Source of the DNA: Marsupella aquatica | Lineage: Eukaryota; Plantae; Marchantiophyta | Direction of reading: 5' to 3' | DNA: 64,000 nt | NCBI GenBank assembly: GCA_973895155.1 | Contig: OZ316897.1 | Location: forward strand, 9,695,832-9,759,831 | Shown: one piece after another, positions 24,973-39,318 of the stretch | Layout of the letters: each line of letters begins with the position of its first letter | How positions within the stretch are numbered: position 1 is the stretch's first letter | Program-made: the position numbers and the translations under genes | Notes under the pieces: model-generated | Seen by the model: the letters and a program-made list of their open reading frames with translations, nothing else | What the model was told of the DNA's origin: nothing | Databases searched by the model: none

Positions 24973-27900
24973 TATTTACTGCTACACCATTCACTTTTAT
25001 TACTAACTGACAATTTATTCTAGAATTTTTTCCATTACAAAGTTTGACTATCTTTCTTTCTCTTACTAGCTGAATTGGCTCTGACTTATTGGGCTTGTTA
25101 GAAAAGGCTTGGAAAGATATTAGAACAGGTCATATTTCATGAAGAAGTGAGAGAATTATGAAATTATACTAAAGATCACTCTATCACTCACTTTATACTT
25201 CTGAAATTTTTGTATCAGTTAATGTCGACATTTAGTAGCTCCCTCTATATCCAATGGAATCTTATTCTCTTGGTTGGTGAGGAACTTACCTCTTGAAATA
25301 TCTTTTGATTCCATGAGCTTAGTATAGTCAACTTTCATTAGGAATTGTGAGACATGCAAAATTTCAGAAATGAGAGTCTCCTGTGTCATCTGTACCATAT
25401 GAGTAGAAAGGGAAGTTTCATAGCAGTCCATCTGGGTTGTGAAAATCTATCTGAGTCTTTTGGAAAATGTGGAGGTCCATATGGGCTTTGAATTCCATGT
25501 TTTGGTTACATATCAGCAAAATGCAAGAGAAAATAGATTAGATTGAGAAGGTTTTTGGTTTGCATAAAAGTACAACCTACCACACTCATGCAGAAGGGTT
25601 TAGGGCAGGTCAGTTAGATTCTCAGCTCCTAGATAAATTCTTAGTTCCCAATGACAAATTTTTACGTAACTTTTGTGAAGGGAGACTGAGAAGAACTTTC
25701 AAATGCAGGCTTCATAAATATTCTGTGAATATTGATGTAAACACCTACTTCAGAGTATGTGTATTCCTTGTTTCTTAAGAAAAACATGAAATGGGGAGAA
25801 AGGCACAATGAAAGGGAGTAGAGCTATTGACAAAATACTATGTCGGGATATTGGAATGAACCACATCTGAGGTTTTTTGAATGATATATACTGTATTTAG
25901 ACGAGTATTTAGACCATATAAAATAACATCTTTGATTTTGACTATGTAAGTTTGGGGCCTGTTTGTCATCAGCCATCATTTTACTGAACCTTTCCTAGGC
26001 GATAATGTCATTAGTGATTTTTAGAGTATCTTGGAAAGTTAAAGTTGACTTTTAATTACGGACCCCCATTAGGGGTCTTTTCCAAAATTCATGGCTCCAC
26101 AGCGCGCCACATCATAATGGCACGCTGCAAATAGGAAGAGACTTGTTTTTGGATAAAATTAACTTCCGTATTCGTGTTTGTGGCAAGTTTGCTGTAAAAA
26201 CTAGGACGCCATGCCGTAAAAAAGAATGTAAAAAAAACTGACATGCAAATCAAAAGACAAAAAGATTGAGGTAAAAATTTTCCCAATAACTATTTTATTT
26301 ACATTTTGATTTTATTCAAAACATAAAATTCTCCCGGTAGCAATTTTTGATTTGACATTGCTAAGTCAAATCATAATGAAAACTCACGTTTAATATGGCG
26401 TTAGAAAGATCTTGAAGAGACGGTCCGATGAGCTCAACATTGTCATCATTCGGTAAGAATTGAGTAAATAATTTGAAAAATAGATTTTACCCATGATTTC
26501 ATAGTCTCTAACGTGAATAGAAATCTTTGTTGTACAACCCCTGAAATGTTTACCCCTTCCATGAGAATGAACCTAAAATTGACAGATTTTATCGAGTACT
26601 AAGGAGATTATGAATTTTAGAATTTCTTTAGCTTTTTAATGAACTTAACATTGATAGATTTAGTTGAGTTCTAAATAGATTATAAGTTTCCAATGTTCTT
26701 TAGTTTTCCAATGAGTGTAACATTGGGAGATTTTATCAAGTACTAAAGTGGTCATGAGTTTCTAACTTTCTCTAGCTTTCTATCTATTCCAAATTCCACA
26801 ATTGAAGATTTGTTTCCATGAAACTTTTTGTCTTAAATGATTATGCAAAGTTATTAATTTGATGACACCGATGACTTCTCTCTCTTCGTCTATCTACGTG
26901 TAGGAATTGAAAGTGATTACTTTTGATGCAACTTCAGTACATCCAGCATCCCTTCGATACCGTGGAGGAAACCGTCGAGCACTATTTTGCTGAAGTGGGC
27001 AATTAAGCTACCCACACATTAAACACTAGTTCACAATGCAGCTGGTTTTGAGATTGATGTTAATTATGGTTGCCTTGGTAAGTTTGGCAACTATTTCAAG
27101 TGTCAAACATTGACTTGTCCATTTTTGAAATGTTTTTCTTTTGATTTGGAGGTCCATCGAGGCTTCAGTTTCTAGATAACTGCCTCTAAAATAACATGGG
27201 ATCCACGGATTAATTTTAAATAAATTTATTATTGTGACTTGACAAAGGTGACTGGCCCAAGGGGAACTCATAAGTCAATTGTATGATGCACCAGTGGTCC
27301 TTCTGCCTCAGGTTCTGCCTATCATCTGCCTATCATTATGGAATTCAAAAGTGTGGTGTATCACTTGTGCTTTTGCAATAATTATCTAATATAATGTTGT
27401 TTTCATTAGTGCGACCTGTACAATCAATCCACCAATTACTATAGCATGCAATTTCTTTTTTCTTTTTGTGGGGTATCTTACTTATAAAGTGTTAAGGGAA
27501 GCTAGAGTGAATCTCTAGACCTTGACTCTAGGGCCCCACCAAAATTTCTATGCATGGAAAAATGAATTTGCATGTATCTTAAAATTATGACAGGCTCATG
27601 GTTATGGATCCCATGGGAAGTTACTTCCAAAATTCTTGGATGCATGTGCAGCCGCATTCGCATCAGTATGATATTTCACGAACAAGAAGTGTTAATTATG
27701 CAAGAAGAATCAAATTTGACTATTTGTGTTTGAGGCAATGCAAAAACGACACTTAGACCTTGTAACTGTAAAAACAATGGGAATATGAAAAAGTAACATG
27801 TCAATATAACAAAGTAAATGGTAAAACATGGGTGAAAGAGAATAATCTTTGGATGAGTCGTGATTGATATATGCTTTCTGGTACTGTGTTTCATTTTCTA

Positions 27901-28757
27901 TTTAGTTTGCACATTTTTGAAATAATGACAAGTATAAATAAATTCTTCAACTACTCTAATTTTTACCAAGGTAGCATAAGAAACCCAGGAAACTTTTAGA
28001 CTTCTCTAACATTTACCAAGATAACTTAAAAAGCCCTTCTACTAACTATGAATAGAGGAATAACAAGCAAATGTAAGAAACACCATAACTACTATGGGTT
28101 ACCAAGGGACTCTAAGACCTTTCAATTACCATGGAAAAATTAATGTTTTGCATGAATTAATTAAATGGAATGTTACATGTATTGTATAGACATAAAGGTA
28201 CTAAAGGAAATTAATGTTTTGCATGGAGAATTACCTTTAATTACCAGGAATGTACTCCTATTTGTCTTCAATGAAATTGTCCTAACACCCTTTAAAATTC
28301 ACTTCATCTAGAATATTCAATTTTTAATCTGTGTCTTCTCATTTATCTACTTCCAACGTGCAACTCTTCATGGCTCCAAATAGTTCAATACAACAAGCTT
28401 ACATAACCAAGGGGTCCTCAAACTAATTTTTGTAATCATTTCATTAACATTCAAAGAATAAGCATTGAGTCTCTTGTTTACAAAAATGACCAAGGATGGG
28501 AAGATGGATTTTCAAGGGTGAAAAGAAACATCAATGGTTTACACAAATGACCAAGGGTGGGAAGATGGATTACTGGAATGAAAACCAATTAAGGGTGGAA
28601 AGGAACCTTGGCAGGGCTCTCTATAATCTCGTGTATAATAGCAAGCATGGGTTCACGCCAACTCATTTTATGAACTATATTTAATATTTACTAGTTGCTT
28701 AAATTACCTGATTGTTAGTACAAAGAGACACCTCAAATCCAACACATTACTCGTATG

Positions 28758-29102
28758 TGTTAAGATTAACTCTTAGATCTAGAGTTACGATTGTATCTCA
28801 GTTAGGGCTAACCTTAGTCACAGACTAGGCTAGGTTAGTCATGCTGTGCACACACTATACCCAAGTGATGTTTGCTTGGATAGTGGGACCTCAGGCTCAT
28901 TGTTATGGAGCCAATTGAGAGATAGGGAGAGCTTGTGCTGTGGATGCTTGGTATGGCCGATCGACCTAGAGTGCAATAAAACTTTTGTGTGTTCCCGTGG
29001 ACCTAGCCTCATGTGGAGGTGAACCACATATATCTCTGTGGCGACTACTTTATTGTTGGATGGTTATGGGCATGCCGTTGTGAGTGTTGTCAATGCTCAA
29101 CA
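28758..29102 (+). mobile_element. Solo LTR (345 bp) of the same copia family
   Basis: TGTTAAG...ATGCTCAACA, homologous to the LTRs at 63523-63867 and 23543-23963 (GGCTCATTGTTATGGAGC, GAGAGATAGGGAGAGCTT, TGTGTTCCCGTGGAC, GGAGGTGAACCAC). No PBS follows. Flanks GTATG/CTATG are a 5-bp TSD with one mismatch. Confidence 0.88.
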
Positions 29103-29918
29103 CTATGCAGATTTGTGACATCAAAAGACTACAATATGCAACCTTGCTATCTCTTTGCATGCTTGGTCTGTTTGTTTATAAAATGTCATTCTGGTGGGAA
29201 ACCTCCTTACCCGTTTGATTATGGTGACATTTCTTCCTAACCAAGACATGTGCCCAAAGGTGGCACTCACTGTACACATTTTTCTCATCCACCCAATCAC
29301 TCTCCCTATAGCTCACACACTCCTTGAAATACTCTGTCTTGTCAGGCCAACACCAACTCCCCCGACATCCAATTGTCTGACCATCTCACTCATACTCCAC
29401 AACATTTCCTCTCAACATCACTTACAATCACCAACATTGTGCACACTCACTATATTATTTAATTAATCCTGTCCATTCTTGACTGATCATCTGTTCATAA
29501 ATTATCATATGGTCGGGAAAAATATTAGCGGTTTTTATTAAAAACTGTTTTTACCACTGTGAGATCTGCCTAAGCACCCCTTGCGCAAATTGTACAACAC
29601 ATGGGCATTAGTCTTATGTAGGGTATAATTGCGTTTGGCGGCATAAGGAAGCTAGGAACTAAGTACAATTGATCAGTTTTGTTGTTCATGATTTTGTCAC
29701 CATGGTTCAACTTTTTCACATTGTGCTCCCCTGACTGTCAGCAACATATATTGATTGTGGGTACAGATACTGTGAAACAGGAAGCAGAACTCAAGAGCGT
29801 ACTAGGCTCCTTGGAGAAAGCTTTGGAGACATCATAGATTTAGAGGGATTTGGTGAGAAAGCTTTCATCCAAAGGGGTTTTTGTGACAATCTCATTTTCA
29901 TGTAGTCTACCAACATGG

Positions 29919-30330
29919 GTATATATATGACACTGCCAAAGAGACACAAATGCCAAACCTGGAGACATGATCCCACAAGCAAAAAAAAACCCAATAAAGC
30001 GAGGGAAAAGGAAGACCGAATAAAGGGAGGGAAAAGGGAAAAACCTGGTAAAGACCATTGAGGCCCAACAAACCAGGGAGTTTCAGGGAGTTTCACATAA
30101 CAACAAAAAGTCCACTAAGAAGCAAAGTAATAACTAAAACACTACTTGGCTGATAATTGAAAAGTCTGGTAAAGCTCTGGACTAAATGGCATAGGAGCTC
30201 ATGGAGGGGAATCTGTCTAGAGCCCCTAAACCCAACTCCTTCAGCTCTATGAAGAATGGTGAAAATTGAGCCCTCTGAAGTGGTTTCAAATCCATTTCCA
30301 TAGCCGGGAAGAAATATGGTGATCAACAGG
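29919..30330 (-). repeat. Dispersed repeat, possibly the 3' end of a decayed LINE; related segments at ~24300-24377 and ~43157-43230
   Basis: Shared block TTGGGTT...TTG...TGT(C/T)TC...GGTTTGGCATTT ending in a TA-rich run in all three copies. Upstream minus-frame remnant RLWKWI*NHFRG...SWV*GL is only suggestive of a LINE C-terminus. Confidence 0.4.
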
Positions 30331-31458
30331 TCGACAGAATAACTAAGCTAGATTTTCCAGTTTCTTCTCCTGCCCCAATGGAGTGGAGGTCCATCAATCG
30401 ACGTTGCTGACTAGTGAGTCAAAGACTATACAATGAACATTTATGAAGATCTTTCCAAGTGGAGACGATGTTGACAATGCAGCAAATTTCGTCAGTTATA
30501 CCCTCAGCTGAATCCTATCGTCCTCACCTGTTCACTTAGTTTGCCCGGCCGGTGTACCAGAAGCAATTGCAAGAAAGTTGTAGGATCACAGATCCTCCAG
30601 TGTAACAGCTAGGAACCGTAGCCTCGACTGGCGAACGTTACATTAGCCTCGTTTGACAGACCGAATCTTTCAATCCTTCGGATCGAATTAAAGAAGATGA
30701 GTATTTCATTACATTGAGCCAGCCTTCTATCTCATTGAGGGCCATGGGCTGAATCGTCACCACGATGCCTACGACTCGTGGAACTTTATTGGGGACATGC
30801 GGCAGCTAGCCCAGGCCCTTCTCTGAAGGCGGTGCGGTGCAATCGAGCTTCTTGGATTACTTCTGGTGATCCAATTCAAAGACGGTTCTAATGAATGTCC
30901 AAAGGTCGACTCACAAGTCTTATCGAGACTAACTGAATACTTCTGCTAAGAGCGGCCAAGTGAGAGAACAGTAGCAACAGTCATCATATTTTTGTTAACG
31001 ATTTGTAGATGGGATTCTGTGCTCAAGCTATGGTCCCAACACTTGAACTGAATACGAAACAGTACACGACATGAGTCCTTCTCCTTGAAGCATAAAATGT
31101 ACCAAAATCCCTGTCAATCTATACAAAACGGGATCAATTGTGACGAGCTCATCTCCCCACATTAAATTTCCTTTCGGATCTTTCACTACCGAGGTCATCT
31201 CCGTAGTCCATCGACTTTTGTGATATATCCCACTTTTTATCTGCACCTCAGGGCTTTCCGTTATCAAAACTTGACATCCACACTGATAGAGCCAGAGGGG
31301 AAATATATCAGAGGCCAACAAAATTACAACGACGTCCGAACATTCACATCAAATACATAGATCAAATCTGGGAATTCGAGAGTAAGTTCAAATCTTTCGC
31401 CGACAACTAAAGCTAGTAGCTTGACACTGAGTAGTTGAAGGCCCAACGATCGACAAGG

Positions 31459-33488
31459 ATGGCGAGCGGGCTGTTCATTGCTGTCTGGATTTGGTGGTTG
31501 CTGGTCCTGGCGTTTGAGCGTTCACGCATCGGGCATATCACCGCTGCAGCTTCATGCCCAGCCTACTGTCGGAATCGATACCAGGAAGAATACAGTAATG
31601 CCGATGACGGCATTGCCAGTGCCAACAATCTAAGTGCTCCAAGCTTCTCGCATGATCCTGACCACCATTCTTCATATGGGAGAGCGTTCCGTGGGCACGG
31701 ATGTGCGGCCCATCTGTTTGTGGAATTCGGAGCATACAGAGGCGGCAACGAAACGTTCACCATCCTCGGATTGGCGTCCAAGCCTCTCCACACTTACGGC
31801 CATCCCAGCTTCTCCTGCCAGTGGATTCCGCTCGCCAGTGCCGCTGCTGCTTCTTCAGACCATGGCAGAAGATTTGCTCTCGAAGGGGCGGTGACAAAGG
31901 ACTACCCAGACTATGGCTATGGGCGAGCGTACACCGTCGTGGTGATCACGTGTACTTTCGATGTGGGAGTTGGAACGGATTCCAAGGGAGGGGAGCTCAT
32001 CCTGCACGCTTACCACGGAGACGCGATGGGGAGAGAGGAACGAATCGTGGTTCTGTCGGAGAAGCCGGGAGTCTACAACTTGAGAACTTTTGATCCGCCG
32101 TATCGGTACGATTTTCTCTACTGCGGGTCCCCTCTCTTCGGACGCCTGAATGGGCGGCGAGTGCGGGAGTGGATCACGTACCACGACATGGTGTTTGGAG
32201 TGAGGTCTCATTTCGTTCTCTATGACGCCGGGGGAGTTCACGAGGCTGTGAGACAGGCACTGCAGCCGTGGATCAGGATGGGGCGGTTGTCCATTCAGGA
32301 CATTCGGTCGACAGCGGACTTCGACGGGTATTACTACAACCAGTTTCTGATGGTCAATGACTGCCTGCAGCGGAGCAAGTATCTTGCGAATTGGACCTTC
32401 TTCTTCGATTTGGATGAGTACATTTACGTGGAGCCGCCGCATTCCCTACATTCTCTGCTGGCTGAGCGACACAATCACGGTGCTCCTAATGATGCTTCAT
32501 CGGTGACTGAGTTCAGCTTCACACAGTACCGCATGGTCAAGAATCTGTGCCATTCATCAGCTGCATCAGCAGCAGGAGGAAGAGTGCCACACCGCACCCA
32601 GCCTACCTCCAAGTAAGCGCCTGGAATTCATGATTGCATGTATGAGTCAATGCAGCGGGATTTTTCCTGGTGGATGACAGTCCTTTCGTGACTTCATTGG
32701 AGAAGACCCCAACTTAATGATTATTATGCCTGCAGGGTCAAGTTATTTCCTATGAAGATTTTCGTCTGTTTGTTTGTACGCATATTATCATCTAGAAGCA
32801 GCTGAACTCACGTCTCTCCTATTCTTCTGAATTTCTCCATTATTTACTTAACTGACAAATTTTTTGAGAGTCATTTTGTACAGCCTCACTTTCTCAATTG
32901 TCGACAAATACTCTACATTCCAGAAAATAAATTTGCTTACCGACTCTGGGACTCAGCCAGTCTCTTCACCCCCCTCTTTTCACGGAACTCTGGTTGGGTA
33001 AAGCTGACCGTGAGTCAATCAAGACGACTGTGCGTCGATGTCAATGACGAGTAGGCTTGGCAGAAACAAATGCTAAGGAATTAACGTCTGCCCATTTGAC
33101 TAATGGATTGCTCAGGCAGTGGGGCTTTGAAAAGCTGACGTATCGAGACCTCTCAAGCTCCAATCGAGATGTGAAGTACGTATGCAATCCAAGAGCGGTG
33201 TATGCTACTGGCGTCCATGGAGTCGAACACTTTAAACGAGGATGGCAAGAGCGCTTTAACGAAACCATGGTCAGGTACTACCATTATCACGGGATCATTG
33301 ATATGGAGGACGAGAACGCCATGTGCATGGAGCTTTCGGACGACATGGACAACGTGCATAACTTCACTCAAGCAAGGGGTCCAAGCGGAGAGGAAGGAGG
33401 TGCCGTGCAGTACGATGGTTCCATGGTGCTTTATGCACCCATGGCCAAGAAGCATGAAATTGAAGTGCTCCAAAAGCTCCTTCACTGA
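31459..33488 (+). CDS. GALS: Glycosyltransferase family 92, galactan beta-1,4-galactosyltransferase (GALS-like), ~508 aa
   Basis: Exons 31459-32612 and 33116-33488 (GTAAGC donor, GACTAAT branch site, CAG acceptor). Motifs FGAYRGG, DYGYGRAYTVVVITC, YDFLYCGSPLFG, FDGYYYNQFLMVNDCL, FFFDLDEYI (DxD), WGFEKL, YATGVH, RYYHYHG. N-terminal TM. Confidence 0.92.
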
Positions 33489-33725
33489 AATGGACCCCGA
33501 TTGTTGTGTCTAACTAAAATCCATTTGGAAGACTTGGAACTAAATGTGACAGTGAATGGTCCTAGGCAAATCTAGGGCCAATGGAATGATACGGTGTCGT
33601 ATCACTAATGAATCTGCGATGGTTACTTCACATCAAGAACTGTGGATCTCAAAGTCAGACACTCGTAGGTCCTTATTGACCTACTGTAGAACCTTACACC
33701 ATGACAACGAAAACAATTGAATCTT

Positions 33726-33986
33726 CAGACAGCTACTCCATCACTGTCCTGCCCCCCCCCCCCCCCCAAATAACAACGATGGCTCGAAAAGCAATTCCAG
33801 AAGGAGCTGCAGAGTGGGAGCTGCAGAGTGGGAGCTGCAACGCCGCTGCCCACCCAGGCCCACACTCTCCAGACAGCTACTCCATCGCTGTCCTGCCCCC
33901 CAATAACAACGATGGCTCGGAAAGCAATCCCAGAAGGAGCTGCAGAGTGGGAGATGCAACGCCGCTGCCCACCCAGGCCCACACAC
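33726..33986. repeat. Two-copy ~144-bp tandem duplication with a poly-C tract, downstream of GALS
   Basis: CAGACAGCTACTCCATC.CTGTCCTGCCCCC...AATAACAACGATGGCTCG...GCAACGCCGCTGCCCACCCAGGCCCACAC at 33726 and 33870. Confidence 0.9.
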
Positions 33987-35201
33987 ACATTTTGACCAGC
34001 TCGATCCCTCAATAAGGCATTGGATGAGAGGCGTGGTTCTTCATTTCACGCTGCTCATCATCTAGATATCAAGAATGAGAAAAGTGACTAGATAAGGACC
34101 GTAAGTTGTCAAACAACTTTTTAAAAAGACCAGAAGTTGACAATAGATTAGGATTCCCACAACGATAGACAAACAGAACAAAAATCGGTAGAGATACTCT
34201 GCTGTTGGCAATATTGCCAACAAGGGAGAACTCTGAACATTCCCAGGTACTATATTTCAGTGTGGCTAAAAATCTTGACTACATAGCCCTCCAGCATCCT
34301 CATCTTAACAGAACTGAAAAGCGCAATGGCAATCGTATGCATACTATTGTGGAATCGCATCGTAATGACTGGCGTTGTGCAAACTTAATTTCCACCCAGA
34401 GTCTCAGTGCCTGGCATTGGATACTATGCAGTCGTTCCATTGGTGGAATTTTCACGTGAAATTGAGAAACTACGCCACCAGCACCTTGCTGCGGTGACAG
34501 AACTTCGGGTATCCACATAGACAGCAAACCACGCTATGAGTGCTGTCAGCGACTTGCAGTTGAACACTTCAGAAGGCAAGAGGAACATTTATGCATGCTT
34601 GGTTACCTATTTTGCAGTCTCAAGAACGGTAGCCAAAGAGGCAGTCAAGGCTTGACCCAGCAACAAGGGTGCCTTTGGTATTCCGTGGGTTGTGATAAAT
34701 TCTTCCAGGAAGCAAGTCAATATGTTTTTTTTCCACGCATGACATTCATTTACATTTGTTATTAAAATATTGAGAACTCCTTGAGAGGCTATTACCGTTG
34801 TTGAAATGTATATGACAAACTCTAAAATTCTCTGGTTCGTCTCAAGAACCAGCCAAAATGTAGCACTCACAATCACAACTTCAAAGTTCGGACTCTCACT
34901 AATAATGACCTAAGTGAACTGCATGTCTTCCCTGATCGATTGTTGCTGTTTCCATCATAGTTAGCATTGTTGAATAACCTCATGATGAAGATGCAAAACA
35001 TTATGACGAGGGGGGCGCTGTAAGCCTTTCCTAATCAGGCCCCACCTCGCCACCTATAAGGCGGCTCCCTGAGAATAACGAATGTCTCACCTTTGTCGAT
35101 TTGGATGGCAGACCCAACTGTGCTTGTAGAGAAACCCTGTACTAAGCTAAGCTTTGGCAAGCATTACGTGACCCATCAGACATCAATTTGAAAAGTGAAC
35201 C

Positions 35202-38200
35202 CTACAATGTCTTAGACTCCACTTTTTGCGGTTCACTGGTCAGGTTGAGTTCTGCCATTTGCTTTTCCACAGAAACGAGACCAATTTGAGATATGTACCT
35301 GCTCATATACAAAAGAGACGGATCAATACAACAAATCATGATACTTCAACTGTCAAAACTACAAATCCTTACATAATAACTAAGAAGCCACATATTCCTA
35401 GGAGACACGGTTAAGAAATAACCACTCCCAGTAAGTTCAAATCTATGGTTTATAAGATAATAGCGGTACTTAAACAGCTACCATTCGTGTACTGTATAAG
35501 AAAAGTTCCAGGAATTTAGCCGTCTGATATGTTTAAGTACACGTGGTGAAAGATTTTGCTCTGTGACGGCAAGTAGGAACAAAACAAACGCTGGCTGCCT
35601 TGCAGAGCCAACTCGGACTGTCACTTAATCGATAGGCACCTGAGAATACTCGACAAGTACATATATTTATTCGATTATGGAACTACAGTCAATTATTGGT
35701 GGAGCTTCACAGACCATTGTTTGACCAAAACTGTAGTGAAACTCAAGGTTACGGTGAGTAAACCCTGTGACGAAAAGCTCCAAGGATTGCCAATGAATGT
35801 TACTATCAGTCGAGAGGGATAATAGTATGACATTCGTAAATGTTCTACGAGAAAAAGGAACGGAAACTTTCGGAAGAGATCAGAAGATCCAAAGGTGAGC
35901 ATGAGCATTACTGACCACTAGAAGTTCACAACTCGTAAACTTCCAGTTGCTTCTTCTTAGGGACATCTACGCCAAGGAATGTCTACGCCTAGCAGGAAAG
36001 GAAAGGAGAACAGAAGAAATTGGGATTCTCACAAGACCACAATCAACCCCAGTTCCCAGACGCTAGGAGCTCGCAACATATGGACAGGTCTTTGTAACAG
36101 ACTTTTCAGAACTTCAACTGGTCGTCAGTCCCGATTGATTTGACAATTGTTTACCATCTTGTCTGATGGAACGCCACTCACTTCGGATAGCCCAATCAAA
36201 TGTCATACACAAAGCAAACATACGAGTTTACTTCTTTACTGACCAGGGCTAAGTGACGAGTAGTTAACCAACAAAATGAACTTGTTTCTGTGCAGTAGGG
36301 GCAATGTACATACCAGCCCAAAAGGAGAATCAGGCCACCCGCAATGAAAATGAGGAAGAGCACGTTTAGAAGAATAAACCAGCTATCCGATTTTATGGCA
36401 ACATGCAAAAGCAGGAAAAGAGATGCAACCAATGCCACCAGCACAGCCCTGATGACGAACCAAGTTGGCCTCTGCGTTCAAATCAGGGACCACACATATT
36501 GGGTTATCGACAATGACCTGACGAAGTCAAGCAAAAGAAAACGCATGAACTCATCACGTCTTCTTCATGTTACCATTTACATATTCGTCCAATAGGCTGC
36601 AGCAAGTCCCTGCCTCTGAAACCATTGGTCCTTAAACCTAGGATGAAGGGGTTATAAAACAAAGCTAGTGCGAACTAGAGATAATCGGTAAGCCGTCGAC
36701 AATAGATCTTCCAAGTCCCTACATGATCTCGGGGAGTACTGTTTTCTAAGAGGAACTTAAATGGTTATATATTCCAAAGGAGCCCCACGGAAGTAGATAA
36801 GTCTTGTGAGGGTAACAATCTCTTCAGAGCTTCTCCATAACGAAACCGAAATTAACGAACTGCAACCTCAAATCCCGAAACAAGTACGCAAAATGAAAAG
36901 TTTGTGGTCACCATCCCCACTTACGCAAATCGGTTGCTAGTCATTCTCTGAGCTGTAACTGAAATTGAACTGGATTCAGCCCTAATCATCATAAGATTGA
37001 AAAGAGAGCTTACATTCACACCGGACGCCAAAGCTCCCAGTAGGACAGCCTCTCCGACTCCTGGTTTATTTTCAGAGAGCTCCTTTGCATCGTCAACAAG
37101 GTCCGCAGGGACTGATCCCGTTCTGTCTTTGACTCGCGATTGGAATCCATTCTCCACCGCCCTTACCGAAGATCCAGTTGGCTCATTGGGAGATATCGCC
37201 TTTAAATCCGGAAGAATCGAACGACTTGTGCCCTCTAAATTCGATAGTGGCTGTGAAATGCCGTTATTCTCTGCAATTGTCTCGGCCTCCCATCCCAGGG
37301 AAATGTTTTGTTGCTCCCGAGCTTTCCTTATCCTAACCTCCAACGACAAAGGGTTGATTGTGTCCTCTGGGTCTAATTGCTGAGGATAGAATGGAGTAAT
37401 ATCCGAATCTAGCCTCGTACATTCGTCATCTTGACTCCGTGGCCCTGCTGACAATGTTCCCAGATTTGAAGCGGCGTCGTCTACCTCTGCATCGGTGGTG
37501 TCCGTCTTCTTCTCTTCTAAATTATTTTGATTTGTGCTGAATTCCTCTGGATCTGATTGCGGGGCATTGTGTTCCCCACTCAGTGAACAGAATTCCATTT
37601 CGGTAGGTTGTTGTTCGTCCGGTAGTTCCTGAGATACCTGAAATACCTCACCATCCTCATTCTCCTGGTCCTCCTTTGGTTCTCTAAGTGTTCCACTGGG
37701 CGATAAAATGCGCCCGCTCAGCTCTTCCGAATGTGGTTTCTGAGATTTCCCACCACTTATTGAATCGGTCTCTCCATTTGCTCCTTCAAAGTCATCAACC
37801 TCCAGCGATCCTCGCCGGCTCAGCTCTTCTGAATGTGGCTTCTGAGATTTCCCACTACTTATTGAATCCATTTCTCCGTGTGATCCTTCAAACGCATCAA
37901 CCTCCAGCCATCCTCGGCTGCTCAGCTCTTCCGAAAGTAGCTTCTGAGATTTCCCACCACCTATTGAGTCGATCTCTCCGTGTGATCCTTCAAAATCATC
38001 AACCACCAGCGATCCTCGCCCGCTTAGCTCTTCCGAATGTGGCTTCTGCGATTTCCCACCATTTGAATCGATCTCCCCGTGTGCTTCTTCAAAATCATCG
38101 ACCTCCAGCGATTCTTGGACGCGATTATGACCCTCCTCCTTAGTGGGATCCTTCCCCACATTTTGTCTGCAACTTGTAGGAAGCACATGAATGCAATTTT

Positions 38201-38609
38201 CCGAAGAGACCTCAGTTGGGTCGAAATGGGGGTCATCTTCAACCTCCGACATGGGTCTACTCAACTCATCTGTGACTGAATGGGTGAGGCTGTGTATGCC
38301 CCTTTCGGTCAGCTTGTTGAAGTCCTCACACTCAGGCGCTGTCGTGTTCACAATTGCAGCGCCTTTCATAGGTCGAAGGTCAGGCTTCTCAACACCGCCA
38401 CTGAGGACGTTGGTATTCTGATCATTGCCTTTGACTTGTTTGAATAGATGCTTCTGGTCCAGCAACGATTTCTCCTGTAATATGAACTGCTCGGCAACAA
38501 GTCTATCCTCCAGCTCAATCGCCTCCAGACTTTCATCGGCATCTGACTCTCCTGCTGTTGTTGTTTGCGACAGCGCTACAGCCTCAGTGGGCATTTCTGT
38601 GGACGACAT
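35202..38609 (-). CDS. Membrane protein with a C-terminal two-TM Pkr1-like domain and a long acidic N-terminal extension, ~616 aa
   Basis: Exons 38609-37014, 36471-36314 and 35298-35202 (GT-AG, phases 0 and 2, in frame). Spliced C-terminus GEAVLLGALASGVN|RPTWFVIRAVLVALVASLFLLL...LILLLGW|YISQIGLVSVEKQMAELNL resembles a conserved small plant two-TM family. The Pkr1 link is from recall, not a search. Confidence 0.75.
37710..38115 (-). repeat. Coding minisatellite, 4 x 96-99 bp
   Basis: Encodes four copies of about SLEVDDFEGSHGEIDSISGGKSQKPHSEELSGRG. Confidence 0.92.
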
Positions 38610-39318
38610 AGTTTTCACTACAATACCCTTCGAATGTCGGAAAACAGATGACGCTAGACAACACCTCCAGTATGAGTTTTTTCCCTAATAGACAACCCAA
38701 TTCAGGCTTCGGACGTCATCCCGAATTCGACCTCTCTGCCCCTTTCACCTCATTCTCACGTCGGAGATTCAACCGATGGCCTAAACATCGTCAACCAAAA
38801 TTCCCCCCCTGGAACCGTTTCCCGCCGTTTCAGTCTGCCATTCGAGAACCTTCATCCTCATTAATGCCTTGCTCTACTCTCTACCTCGGCGCGCTTTCTC
38901 GATGCAAATTAGGTGCTTGAGTCGAATCAAGAAACTAGGGGGGAATGGGTACTTCCTGGACCGGGGCAAAATTTAAAAATCTCATCAACCAGTACTACAC
39001 CCCACCCATCCTACCCACGTCCTTTCACTGTACAAGGACGTGGGTGGGATTTACGACGTCCTACTCTGCTCCTCTGCTCCTCTGGTAACGAAAATGAGCA
39101 GCTGGTGCACTATTACTGCACGAGTACGGCATACTCTTCATCAAGGGTCCGTCTTACAGAATAGCTCCGAGCCAAACGCATCCTACGGTATATATTCCAT
39201 GGTAGACAACAGTTGATAAAATTGATCAGGACCCGTATTGGACTATTGGCTATGTCCAAAACCTACCATCGAAATGTGAGACAGTTCAGCGCATTTTGCA
39301 CGCTTGAATCTTTCAACA

